A stretch of 64,000 nucleotides of DNA from a bacterium (GTDB lineage: Bacteria; Bdellovibrionota_C; UBA2361; RFPC01). Of the stretch, positions 37,372-47,211 are shown one piece after another. Each line of letters opens with the position of its first letter. Position 1 is the stretch's first letter. The position numbers were made by a program, and so were the translations under genes. The stretch is from NCBI GenBank assembly GCA_009926305.1, contig RFPC01000005.1:7649-71648 (forward strand). Reading direction: 5' to 3'. Under the pieces are notes generated by a model, which saw only the letters and a list, made by a program, of their open reading frames with translations, was not told the origin of the DNA and ran no database searches.

Positions 37372-38706
37372 TCAAAAAAGTAACGAAACAACAAGCATTG
37401 ACGCTACAAGTAATGCGAGCGCTACAAGAATTCCTGTTACGAGAACTCCTACCCGTTCATACGAACCAAGCGCTAAGAATCCTGAAACAAAACGATTCGG
37501 TCTCGTATTCATCTCGAACTGGGAGAGCGCCTCTTGAGGAACTCCAGGGGCAGCCAATGTTTGGCGGCTCGGCACTACTTCTCGCGAATCTCTCTCTTCC
37601 CCCTCTTTCTGAGTAAAGGTAGAAGGAGCACCATTGCTCTCAAGGAACATCTCTTCATGCTCTTCCGAAAAACAGATGGCAACGGTAATACCACCGCCAA
37701 AATTCAACACACACGGGCTATTCTCGAGGTGAACGGATTCTCCTTGCGTTAGCACCCCACCATCATACGCGAGTCCATTCATACTGAGGTCCGTGATGAG
37801 AATATCCTCAAGGCTGATAAATTCAATAGTTGAGTGTTTCCGCGACACATGCGGCGCACCAAGCCAAAGATCACTTGAGGGATCTCTGCCAATCCTGAGG
37901 GGCTTTCCTTCTTGAATCAGCAATTTCTGCGGACGAGCGACTTCTGAGAGTGACATCAGCAGCGGATAGCGTTCCTCTGGAAGTATCTGCAGATCAACCT
38001 CTGCAGTTTGACGGGGCACTGAGACTTGCTCTTCTTGATCGATTGCATACGCAACAATGCTTCTCCCAATGATAATTGGCTTTCCAGGAGGAATCTGATT
38101 TTTCCCTGAAACTTGCTGTGCTCCCACAAAGGTTCCATTTGTAGAACCGACATCCTCAATAAAAAATTTCCCAGCTTCATACGTCACATTGGCATGCCTT
38201 GCAGATACATCAGGAGCGTCCAAGCGAAGTGCATTATCTCGATCTCTACCAATCGTCAGCGGAAGATCTGGCGAAAACGAAATAGTGACTGGAGCATCTC
38301 CGCTTACCGCCAGCGCAGGGAAATACGGCGCCGGGTTTTCACACGCTCTGCGTAAAATGTGAGCTGCTACCTTATCAAGGGCATCTCCTCGCATAGAGCA
38401 AAGGTCAAGATCGAGTGCAGTGATAGAAAGCTGTATGGAGCCCAGGTTCAGGCTCGCTTCCCCATCATATTCCCGATCGAGGTAAGCAGGGGTTTCAACT
38501 CGCAAGTGAGAATGCGAAATAAGCGGCTGAGTTCGGAAAGTCCGGCCAATACCTCTATACAGATGAAGTTCATACGGCAGTTCAGCAAGTTCATCGATTA
38601 GCACGTGGGCGTAGTCGCTGGCTCCAATGACCGCGTGTGACCTGCGGACGAAGACCGTTTCAGTATCGGCCCCATCACCATTAAAAGTTATTTCTAACGA
38701 AAACAT
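37372..38706 (-). CDS. Multi-FHA-domain protein with a C-terminal membrane anchor (SctD cytoplasmic part-like)
   Basis: IGR...VSARHA...GSTNGT and IGR...VSRKHS...SMNG; TM helix at the extreme C-terminus. Confidence 0.85.
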   Translation of the reverse strand: MFSLEITFNGDGADTETVFVRRSHAVIGASDYAHVLIDELAELPYELHLYRGIGRTFRTQPLISHSHLRVETPAYLDREYDGEASLNLGSIQLSITALDLDLCSMRGDALDKVAAHILRRACENPAPYFPALAVSGDAPVTISFSPDLPLTIGRDRDNALRLDAPDVSARHANVTYEAGKFFIEDVGSTNGTFVGAQQVSGKNQIPPGKPIIIGRSIVAYAIDQEEQVSVPRQTAEVDLQILPEERYPLLMSLSEVARPQKLLIQEGKPLRIGRDPSSDLWLGAPHVSRKHSTIEFISLEDILITDLSMNGLAYDGGVLTQGESVHLENSPCVLNFGGGITVAICFSEEHEEMFLESNGAPSTFTQKEGEERDSREVVPSRQTLAAPGVPQEALSQFEMNTRPNRFVSGFLALGSYERVGVLVTGILVALALLVASMLVVSLLF

Positions 38707-39013
38707 ACGGTGTCTACTCTCGACCAGAATGGCCGTAAACTCATGGATTTAAGCCCCAAGAATTCAAAGTTTTAATAAACCATCATTCGCATCGAACAGA
38801 AAGGTTATGGCAAAGCAAGAACAAGAGGAATCGTACAAAAAATTCTTAGGAAAAATGAGTTGATTCTAAGAAAGTTCTGTAGCTAACCTCCTGATTATAG
38901 AACATGGTTTATTTTTCTGGCTCCGACTTGGAGAAACTCATGCACTCCTTCATACCATGCCTGCATCTAAAAAGTTTCGAGGTATTTCGTTTTGAGTTAC
39001 AAAGGCGCCTGCC

Positions 39014-39382
39014 ATGACGAGACACAAGAAGATTCTCATTATCGATGACGACATGATCGCTCTAGACATTGTCGATCTTCTCTTCGAAGAGCATGGCTTT
39101 GAAGTTATTCGCAGCTCAGATGGCTGCCGCGCAATCTCTGCTATCGATGACACCGCACCAGACATCGTTTTGGTTGACTTGATGATGCCAAAGATGAGTG
39201 GTCAAGAGTGCATTCAAGCACTGAGAGCCAAAGGGCTAAACGTTCCAATCGTCGCCTTCACCGCTATTGATGATCCTGAAGTGCATGCGGATGTCGAAAC
39301 CCTCGGGGGGAGCCTCGTATTAACGAAGCCATGCAAACCATCACTCCTCTTGAAGGAGGTCGAAGCTCTTCTTGACGCTTGA
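39014..39382 (+). CDS. Single-domain response regulator (CheY-like receiver)
   Basis: IIDDD, PDIVLVDLMMP, FTA, KP. Confidence 0.9.
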   Translation: MTRHKKILIIDDDMIALDIVDLLFEEHGFEVIRSSDGCRAISAIDDTAPDIVLVDLMMPKMSGQECIQALRAKGLNVPIVAFTAIDDPEVHADVETLGGSLVLTKPCKPSLLLKEVEALLDA

Positions 39383-39432
39383 GGCTAAAAAGGCTGTTCT
39401 CTCTTCTCTCAGTTACCCCAACCCTACGTGTT

Positions 39433-39765
39433 CTATTCATCCCAAGAGACCTGAAGCGCTATTCTCCCTATAAGAATTTGATCGCCATCCTGCAGCGGGT
39501 AAACTTTTCCCTCTTCAAGCTGCACTGCTCCATTCAAGATTGTGCCATTCAGACTCCCCATATCGATAATCGAGAGTTCATCACCCGACATCTCAATGGT
39601 GGCATGTTTCCGAGAAACCCGAGCATCCTCATCAATCGCGTCCAAATCTATTTCTGGAAACACTCCGGCAGTCGGATCCCACCGTCCAATGAGATTTTGA
39701 CCCTCTCGAATTGGATACTGCTTCTTTTTGCGCTTGCCATCCCATATCTGTAAATAAACGGACAT
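39433..39765 (-). CDS. Stand-alone FHA-domain protein
   Basis: IGRWD...VSRKHA...DMGSLNGT...LQDGDQILIG. Confidence 0.88.
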   Translation of the reverse strand: MSVYLQIWDGKRKKKQYPIREGQNLIGRWDPTAGVFPEIDLDAIDEDARVSRKHATIEMSGDELSIIDMGSLNGTILNGAVQLEEGKVYPLQDGDQILIGRIALQVSWDE

Positions 39766-40317
39766 GCCCCCATTGTCGGACTTTCAGACGAGAGAGGCAA
39801 AGATTTTTCGACTCCAATCAATTCGCAATAGGCATCAACATTTGCAACCCTACGGTAGAGTGCCTTCTTTCTTCTCCCTTTTCTGCTTCCTCTGAGCCGG
39901 GAAAATCATCCTATAAAAAAGGCTATGGGGGCTCATCAGAGGCGAAACAACAGCATCTGAGCGGCTGCCCATTTAAAAGGTGTGTTATCTCAATTAGTTA
40001 ATCATATTTGCTAATTGTCCTGAAAAAGGGTCTGATATCATACTGGTGTTTCAGGCAAAGACCCCGTGTCTAAGCGTACATGTACGTGCGTAGCTTTGAA
40101 CTGACTTAAGAGCTTCAAACCGACTTACGCCTCAAGCGAAGTGGCAAGCTTCTGGTCAAACCCTACGGCACGGAGAGTGCCTGAAACGAGTTTTCAGTTC
40201 TAAAATTTAGTTAACGATTGGGAGAGGCACCTCATGAGAGGTAGCAACTTCAACCAACAGAAAAGGCAATTCACTTCCCTCACGTTAGGGGCAGGCTATG
40301 CAGCAGCACGGTCGTGG

Positions 40318-40383
40318 CAAGACCACGTTGCGGCACAGTCTGCACAAGACCATGCTGTACAAGACCACGCTGTACAAGACCAC
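40318..40383. repeat. Imperfect 15-bp tandem repeat (ACAAGACCAYGCTGT)
   Basis: Units at 40344, 40359 and 40374 (partial), plus CAAGACCACG at 40318. Confidence 0.8.
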
Positions 40384-40849
40384 ACAATCCGGTCTGTTCA
40401 ATTAACAGATTACAATCCGACCTCAGCTAAGCCCTTTGGCTCAAGTGCCTTACGGGAGCGTAGTGGGACTTCGGACAAGACCGAAAAGATGGTCAGAAAG
40501 ATGGTCAGACAGTGCAAGACGTATCAAACTTCGGAGAATACGAGTCAAGTCCGAAGAAAACGATTACTCGTGCACATCCCTAATCTGAAGGCTATGAGAG
40601 AAACTCCTCGCCCCGTACCACTGGCAGGGTCCACAGTCTCAATGGGCTCAACAGTGGAGAGGAAGATGGTTTCTCTACGCGGTTCAAAAGCAAAATCGTG
40701 CGATGGCTTTGAACGCGCCTATCCACAACAGGCTACGTGCAGACAGAAGCTATCGATGATCGATGAGCTGTATGCAAGCCCCCTGCTGGATAATAGCTCC
40801 TTTGCAAGATGGTTGAAGACTCCTCTTCCGCATGTGTTTGGGAGATTAC

Positions 40850-42337
40850 ATGAGTCGAAAAATGCTTATCAATGCAGTTCACTCCGAAGAGTGCAGGATT
40901 GCTATAGTAGAGGACAAGCAACTTCTAGAGTTAGAAGTTGAATCAACAGTCGGAAAAAAGTTAAAGGGGAACATTTATCGCGCAAAGATTGAGCGGTTAG
41001 AGCCAAGCCTTCAGGCGGCCTTCCTTAATATCGGCACCGAGCGTAATGGCTTCTTACAGATCAACGATATTCACCCTGGATACTTTGAAAAGCGAAGTGG
41101 CAGAAGAAAAGGAAGAGGCCCAAATAAGCGTCCAAATATTCAAGACGTGCTCAGTCCAGGGCAAGAACTTATAGTCCAGGTCGTTAAGGAGGAGCGAGAG
41201 CTCAAAGGGGCAACTCTTACCACGTATCTCTCACTTCCTGGTCGATATGTAGTGCTCATGCCTGGCAGCGACCGAGGCGGAGTATCTCGAAAAATTAGCG
41301 ACTCGCGGCAGCGCTCGCGCCTTTCCTCATTGGCCTCTGAGCTCGAAATACCAGATGGCATGGGGCTCATCGTGAGAACCGCTGGCTTGGACCGCTCACA
41401 AGCGGATCTCTCGCGGGACCTATCCCTTCAGCTCACTCTTTGGGAGAAAATACTTGAAAAAGCTCAAGATGCTTCATCTCCATCCGTACTGTACAGTGAA
41501 GATGATCTGGCCACGAGAGTGATTCGTGACTACTTTACACCAGAAGTACGAGAGATCGTCACCGACACAAAAGACACCTACCAACGCGTAAAAGAGTTCG
41601 TGAATCAGGTCATGCCTCGGTATCGTTCACGAATAAAACTCTACGAGGATGAACAACCACTTTTTTCATTCCATGGGATTGATGAACAGGTTTCAGATAC
41701 TTTCAAAAGCGAAGTGCGATTGCCTTCAGGCGGTGCGATTGTCATCGATACACTGGAGGCGCTAGTTGCGATTGATGTGAACTCTGGGAAAGCGACCGCA
41801 GGCGGAGGAATCGAGGAGACAGCGTATCGCACCAATCTTGAAGCGGCGGACGCAGTTGCTCGTCAACTACGACTGAGAGACTTGGGCGGGCTGATTGTAA
41901 TCGATTTCATCGACATGCTTGACCGTAAGCATCGCTCCGAAGTGGAGCGGCGAATGGCAGATGCCGTGAAATCCGACAAGGCTCGGATTGAGGTTGGAAA
42001 GCTCTCTAAATTCGGGCTCTTAGAGATGTCCCGTCAACGGCTTCGAGCATCACTCTCAAGTCAGAGCCACATGAAATGCCAACACTGTGATGGGAACGGA
42101 AAGGTGAAGAACCCAGAGCTTGTTGCGTTAGAAGTTCTTCGAAAAATTCAGAGTGCCGTCATTGTCGGACAGGTCGGCATGGTAAAAGCCCGACTTGCTC
42201 CAACTGCAGCACTCTTTCTGCTCAACAACAAGAAGTTTGAACTCTCCCAACTCGAGAAAGAACACAGCGTCAATATTTTCATTCTGGCTGACGGTCGCCT
42301 AAGAGCAGATGAGTACCAGTTTGAGATGGAGAAGTAA
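40850..42337 (+). CDS. rne: Ribonuclease E/G family endoribonuclease (catalytic domain only)
   Basis: KGNIY...PSLQAAF, S1 domain, IDVNSG, RQLRLRDLGGLIVIDFIDM, FGLLEMSRQR, C..C.G.G; no scaffold tail; ATG 40850 with GGGAGA RBS. Confidence 0.9.
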   Translation: MSRKMLINAVHSEECRIAIVEDKQLLELEVESTVGKKLKGNIYRAKIERLEPSLQAAFLNIGTERNGFLQINDIHPGYFEKRSGRRKGRGPNKRPNIQDVLSPGQELIVQVVKEERELKGATLTTYLSLPGRYVVLMPGSDRGGVSRKISDSRQRSRLSSLASELEIPDGMGLIVRTAGLDRSQADLSRDLSLQLTLWEKILEKAQDASSPSVLYSEDDLATRVIRDYFTPEVREIVTDTKDTYQRVKEFVNQVMPRYRSRIKLYEDEQPLFSFHGIDEQVSDTFKSEVRLPSGGAIVIDTLEALVAIDVNSGKATAGGGIEETAYRTNLEAADAVARQLRLRDLGGLIVIDFIDMLDRKHRSEVERRMADAVKSDKARIEVGKLSKFGLLEMSRQRLRASLSSQSHMKCQHCDGNGKVKNPELVALEVLRKIQSAVIVGQVGMVKARLAPTAALFLLNNKKFELSQLEKEHSVNIFILADGRLRADEYQFEMEK

Positions 42338-42725
42338 CGGCCCACCGCCTTGTCGAGACACGTGAACGAAATAGGAAAGAGGGTTCTCTTGAGCTCTCAT
42401 CCTTTTCGATCGGAATGGGGGCGCGTCAACTCCTGAGTGCTGCACAGCTCCTGCTCAGCACCAAGACCCGACACCTCTTGGTGGCTCACCCATGTGAGAA
42501 TTATAATGAACGACTCTGGTGCAGCTGAGCCTGCCGGCCATGAACCGATTCGTGGAACGAGCTATCCAGCAGCTCGTTACGCCTCTCAAAAACTCCCTCA
42601 AAAAACGGTGTCAAGTCTCAGAAAATACGTTGCCGAGCGCACCGGGCTTTGTTAGCTTTAAGTAGCTTAAATAACGCGAGAACCTTCTCACTGTACGGAC
42701 AAACAATTTTCTAGTAAGGCAACCT

Positions 42726-44540
42726 GTGTCGGCCACCGCCAAAAAGCTCGTTCAAAGCCACCACTCATTCCAACAAGCACCCCTTCCATTTGCCTCAACT
42801 CATATCGAGAATGAGTTGGATAACACTCAAGAATTGGCAGGTTCTCATGAGAGCCTTTCTCTTGTTTCACCGTCAGAAACTAACCTGCGGCAAGACTCCA
42901 AGCCGACACTGAGCACTGAACAGGAGGCGCTTGCTTCTGTCAGCAATCCACAAAACGTGGATTCGGAATTTGTTACTCCTCTACAACATCAAGGCTGCAA
43001 CTTCGAAGAACTGAGATCTGATCTTTCTCAAACGCTAAAGCTTGCGGCAAACGCCCTTGAAACTCACTCGGTATTCCTGCTCCTACCGAGCAACGTTTTT
43101 GAACGGATCGTACAGGGAAGCGAAAGCGATCTTTTTCGTAATGGGAAACAGGAGTCTGAATACGGCCACGAAGGACTCTTCCCTCTTGCAAGTCAGACAC
43201 TATCGCCAACAGCTCTTCCAAAAAAGCAGAAGGTCATTACAGCGGGTCCAGCGCTTTGGGTCGCAAAGACTGGAAAGCCTCTTCATATCTCTCCCTTTGA
43301 GATGGATGCTACTGGCCTTGGCATTTATGGAACTCATATTCCACTCAAAAGTTTTGCCGCTGTCCCCTTCGGGAATAATGGAAAGGCATTGCATCAAAAT
43401 CCCCAAAACTCGGTAAAATATGGAGTTCTTGCGGTCGATAGCATGAAGGCTTACAAGTTTACGCCCCTTCAAATGAAACTTCTCCAACAGATCGGAACTC
43501 AAGTTGAGAGGCTAATCGCTCTTCACTTCGAACGAGATGCACTTCTTCGAAGAAGTGACCCTGAGAGCAGTCAGCCTCATAGTAGTGAGCCTCATAGTAG
43601 TGGTCACACCTTGCCGAGCTCCGAGAAGGTTGCCAGCGAGTTTTCGCACTCAGCGCTCATGGAGCTAACATCAAATCAATTTGAAGACACCCTGAGAACA
43701 CTCCTCTCCGATCAGAAAGAAAGGACTCTCTCTGTCACCTCGATCCGTTTCTCTCTCGATATGTGGCGGCCTTCTCAGGAGGTCGCATCGGATTCCCCAA
43801 ACAACCCGACCCAGCCGAAAGAAGACCAAGCAAAAGACGATACGTCGTCTGGTGGAAGCTTGCTTTCTCGTCGCATATCAGCGGAACACCTGCTCGCCAT
43901 CTCCGTGCACTTACAACATGCATGGCATGAAGCGAGTGTCGCTTTTTTCAAATCACTTCAATCTGAAAAACTTGAGGGCGAGACAACGGGTGAGCACCAA
44001 AGCGCGGCCTCGCTCATCTTCACCCAAGAAATCGTACTGGTATGCGATCACTTGCGCAGCGCCATGCTCACGAAGAAAATGCGCGCCCTGTTTCTCTTCT
44101 TTCTCCGTAAAAGGCTCCAATACGTAACAACGGATCCTCGAGAGGAAGCATTCGAAGTCCTCGTCAATGAAATCATCAAATCTTCAAGTGACACCCTGAC
44201 AAATCTGAACAATGGAAGCGGGTGTCTGAGGGATTGGCTCGCAGATGCCTTATCAAAGAGTACTGGCTTTTCCTCAAACACCAGTGGTGGCTCTTCGCTA
44301 CCGAAGAGACCCCCCTCAGCTCTCTATAGATGGCTCCGAGGAGAAGGAAGAGGCAACGCTACGCGGCGTCACCAGAAACCATTCAATTCTCAGACCTCCG
44401 AGCAGCAAACGGGGACTCAAGGATTCGCTCGCTCAACTCTTCATATTGAGGCAAATAGTGCGGGAAGAAAAGGCATGCTGGAAACACTTCGAGGAAGGTC
44501 CATAAAGCAGGTAAAGAATTTCAATCATCAGTCATCATAG
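42726..44540 (+). CDS. Hypothetical protein with a central GAF-like domain and low-complexity flanks (start uncertain)
   Basis: WVAKTGKPL...LGIY...KSFAAVP...GVLAVDSMKAYKFT...LL GAF-like segment; directly upstream of mreB. Confidence 0.6.
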   Translation: MSATAKKLVQSHHSFQQAPLPFASTHIENELDNTQELAGSHESLSLVSPSETNLRQDSKPTLSTEQEALASVSNPQNVDSEFVTPLQHQGCNFEELRSDLSQTLKLAANALETHSVFLLLPSNVFERIVQGSESDLFRNGKQESEYGHEGLFPLASQTLSPTALPKKQKVITAGPALWVAKTGKPLHISPFEMDATGLGIYGTHIPLKSFAAVPFGNNGKALHQNPQNSVKYGVLAVDSMKAYKFTPLQMKLLQQIGTQVERLIALHFERDALLRRSDPESSQPHSSEPHSSGHTLPSSEKVASEFSHSALMELTSNQFEDTLRTLLSDQKERTLSVTSIRFSLDMWRPSQEVASDSPNNPTQPKEDQAKDDTSSGGSLLSRRISAEHLLAISVHLQHAWHEASVAFFKSLQSEKLEGETTGEHQSAASLIFTQEIVLVCDHLRSAMLTKKMRALFLFFLRKRLQYVTTDPREEAFEVLVNEIIKSSSDTLTNLNNGSGCLRDWLADALSKSTGFSSNTSGGSSLPKRPPSALYRWLRGEGRGNATRRHQKPFNSQTSEQQTGTQGFARSTLHIEANSAGRKGMLETLRGRSIKQVKNFNHQSS

Positions 44541-44551
44541 CGAGAAATAAT

Positions 44552-45631
44552 ATGGTATCAGCATCACTCCCCGCTCCCTTCATAAAAAAAGAAAATAAAG
44601 GGCACAGCGTTTTCGGCAAATGGAGCGAATACCTCTCCTCAGATATTGCGATGGACCTGGGAACAGCCAATACGTTAGTCCACGTACGCGGCAAGGGCGT
44701 CGTGCTCAATGAGCCATCCCTCGTCGCATTCGAATCAGAGAGTGGAGCTGCGGTAGCTTTCGGCAAAGAAGCAAAAGAGATGTTTGGAAAAACGAATGCA
44801 CATATCTCAACACTTCGGCCGCTCAAGAGCGGAGTCATCTCCGACTTCACCTATGCCTCTGAGATGATCCGTTCATTTTTGAAAAAATCGATGTCAGGAT
44901 TCCGCCTCCTGAAACCAAGGCTCATTATCGGAGTCCCCTCAGGTATCACTCAAGTTGAGAAGCGCGCCGTGATCGATGCTGCCCATTGTGCAGGGGTGCG
45001 CCACGTGCGCCTTATCGAAGAACCAATGGCGGCAGCCCTAGGAGCGGGACTTCCGGTAAACGAACCGGTAGGAAGTATGATCATTGATATCGGTGGTGGG
45101 ACAACCGAGGTTGCAATTCTCTGTCTCGGTGGAACAAACTATTCGCGCTCTATTCGAGTTGCTGGAGATGAGATGGATGAGGCCATCCAAAGATATCTAA
45201 GACGGCATTTTTCGTTAGAAATCGGCGTATATGAGGCTGAGCGCTTGAAGAAAGAAATTGGTTCAGCGATCCCCCTCCGTAAAATCGAACTTTCGAGAAC
45301 CTTCGGGCGAAACATAAGAACTGGCCTACCACAACAAGCAAACGTGTCCGACGAAGTCATTCGTGATGCGCTTTCTGAACCAATATTTGCTATCGTTGAT
45401 TCAGTAAACACGGCACTTGAACAAGCAAACCCTGAGATTGCTCAAGACATCATGGCTCATGGTATTTATTTAGCCGGAGGTGGTGCACTGACCCGAGGTC
45501 TCACTCAAAGAATCCAAGAAGAGATTGGTATTCAGGTGCATCGGGTTGATGACCCTCTTGGCTGCGTAGTCCGTGGTGTCGGAAAGGTCCTAGATGAACT
45601 GCCAAACCTCTCGCGGCTCTGCATCTCGTAA
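44552..45631 (+). CDS. mreB: Rod shape-determining protein MreB
   Basis: DLGTANT, EPS.VA, RPLKSGVI.DF, EEPMAAA.GAGL, DIGGGTTE, GGGAL. Confidence 0.93.
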   Translation: MVSASLPAPFIKKENKGHSVFGKWSEYLSSDIAMDLGTANTLVHVRGKGVVLNEPSLVAFESESGAAVAFGKEAKEMFGKTNAHISTLRPLKSGVISDFTYASEMIRSFLKKSMSGFRLLKPRLIIGVPSGITQVEKRAVIDAAHCAGVRHVRLIEEPMAAALGAGLPVNEPVGSMIIDIGGGTTEVAILCLGGTNYSRSIRVAGDEMDEAIQRYLRRHFSLEIGVYEAERLKKEIGSAIPLRKIELSRTFGRNIRTGLPQQANVSDEVIRDALSEPIFAIVDSVNTALEQANPEIAQDIMAHGIYLAGGGALTRGLTQRIQEEIGIQVHRVDDPLGCVVRGVGKVLDELPNLSRLCIS

Positions 45632-45635
45632 CTCA

Positions 45636-47120
45636 TCACTCGCCACTAACGATGAAAGACCGTCTGAACAAGACGCCCCTCCAAAACATCAAAAAGATCC
45701 CCAAGAGTGCCAAAACCCATAGCACTACAAAACCCACGCCCTGCTCAATATGTGGGGTGACAAAGACGAGAGTCCGATGAAACTCAGATAAGAGTCCATC
45801 AACAATCCACCCTCCCAGACCACCAAGCCCATCAAAGCCATAAGAGATGAATAGCGAAACCAGGCCCCCATAAAAGCCAATAAATACGATGAATGGAGCC
45901 AAGAGAATATTCCCGAACGGGCTCAGCCAACTCCCCCCTCCTATCGTACAACACAAGACCAGGGAAGTACTGAGCGTCGGCAAGAGCGTGGTGGTAAGAG
46001 CCGCCTGATACCACGGAAGCTCAAATCGCTTTCGTATGGAGCTGGCAAAAACAAGCGAAAAAAGCGCTGCAAAAGTAAGCTGAAAACCCACCTCTTCCCA
46101 AACCCCCGGCCAGAGCGACACAATACTCACGAAAGCGAGTAATATTTTCACCACCCCTCTGACATTCAATCCGCATAGCGGGAAAAGAAGATAGAACGTA
46201 ACAGCGATGGCGGCTCTTGTTGCACTGACTGGAAACTCAAGTTGCGCCACATACCACCAGACACTACCTCCGCCGCACACGTCTGGAAGATATCGTGCCA
46301 ACGAATATCTTCCAGGCAGAAAAAATGCGAGCCACAGAAAGAGCGAGACTGTGCCTCGAATGAAAAAAAAGAGGGCTCCCACATGCAGACCAGAAACCAC
46401 CAACAGATGCGAGATTCCCCATGTTTGAAATAGCTTTCGATCTGCTCGCGAAAAACCACTTACATCACCAAGCAACATTGCCTGCAAATACGCTCGACCC
46501 CGAGACGTTTCCATCACGTGATGAATTTGTTTCTGGAGCAACATACGGCTATCAGCTCGAGAAGCCGTATCACGCATTGATAGGTCCTTAGATAAGAAAT
46601 AGATTCGACAATTGCCATCAATGCCACGTCTTAACGAGTACCTCGCCCATCGACCTCGGGCTGGGGGATGAGGACTAACCCTGGCATATACAACATACTG
46701 ACCTCCACGCTCTATAAAGACGGCGTTTCGCCAGGGAAGGTCACGCACCGAGCATTTGAGACGCATTGCTTGGGATCCACCTCCCGATACTGGCCTGAGA
46801 TATGAAAGAAACGTAACCTCTCCTGGTCGTCTTCCCGCATGAGGTGTTGAAGTAACATGAGCTTTAAACCAGGACGTCTCACTATGCACATCAACCCGAC
46901 CGCCTTCTCTGAGCTTTCCTTGGATACTCCCGACACAGATAGCGAGAATAGCAATACAAACTCCCGCTCTACGCCTTGCGAAGACCAATACACCCCCAAG
47001 CAGGGAAAATAGAGGGAATATCTCTACGTGTTGAGCGAGGCTCTGTCCAAAGACCAGTAGCGAGGTATAGGTAACGAGTTGCAACATTGGCTCAAAGAGA
47101 TGGGGCTGAAAAGCTTTCAA
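45636..47120 (-). CDS. comEC: ComEC/Rec2 competence protein (no C-terminal metallo-beta-lactamase domain)
   Basis: AMLLGD, GISHLLVVSGLHVG, SATRA, GFQLTFAA. Confidence 0.85.
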   Translation of the reverse strand: MKAFQPHLFEPMLQLVTYTSLLVFGQSLAQHVEIFPLFSLLGGVLVFARRRAGVCIAILAICVGSIQGKLREGGRVDVHSETSWFKAHVTSTPHAGRRPGEVTFLSYLRPVSGGGSQAMRLKCSVRDLPWRNAVFIERGGQYVVYARVSPHPPARGRWARYSLRRGIDGNCRIYFLSKDLSMRDTASRADSRMLLQKQIHHVMETSRGRAYLQAMLLGDVSGFSRADRKLFQTWGISHLLVVSGLHVGALFFFIRGTVSLFLWLAFFLPGRYSLARYLPDVCGGGSVWWYVAQLEFPVSATRAAIAVTFYLLFPLCGLNVRGVVKILLAFVSIVSLWPGVWEEVGFQLTFAALFSLVFASSIRKRFELPWYQAALTTTLLPTLSTSLVLCCTIGGGSWLSPFGNILLAPFIVFIGFYGGLVSLFISYGFDGLGGLGGWIVDGLLSEFHRTLVFVTPHIEQGVGFVVLWVLALLGIFLMFWRGVLFRRSFIVSGE

Positions 47121-47211
47121 GGACGAGCGTTATATCGTCCGTATATCATTCGAATCTCTGCCATAGAATGTTGCTCGAGTAGATGGCAGAGCTCACATAT
47201 CTCAGAACACC

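Noticed and set aside
36763..37383. Long antisense or alternate-frame ORFs (e.g. 36763-37383, 59136-59783, 24724-25206)
   Set aside because: These are shadow ORFs opposite well-supported genes, with low-complexity translations and no motifs.
30912..38706. Interpretation as a flagellar gene cluster
   Set aside because: The ring protein is a ~300-aa lipoprotein (SctJ, not FliF), SctR has no FliP signal peptide, and no flg, fli axial or mot genes are present.
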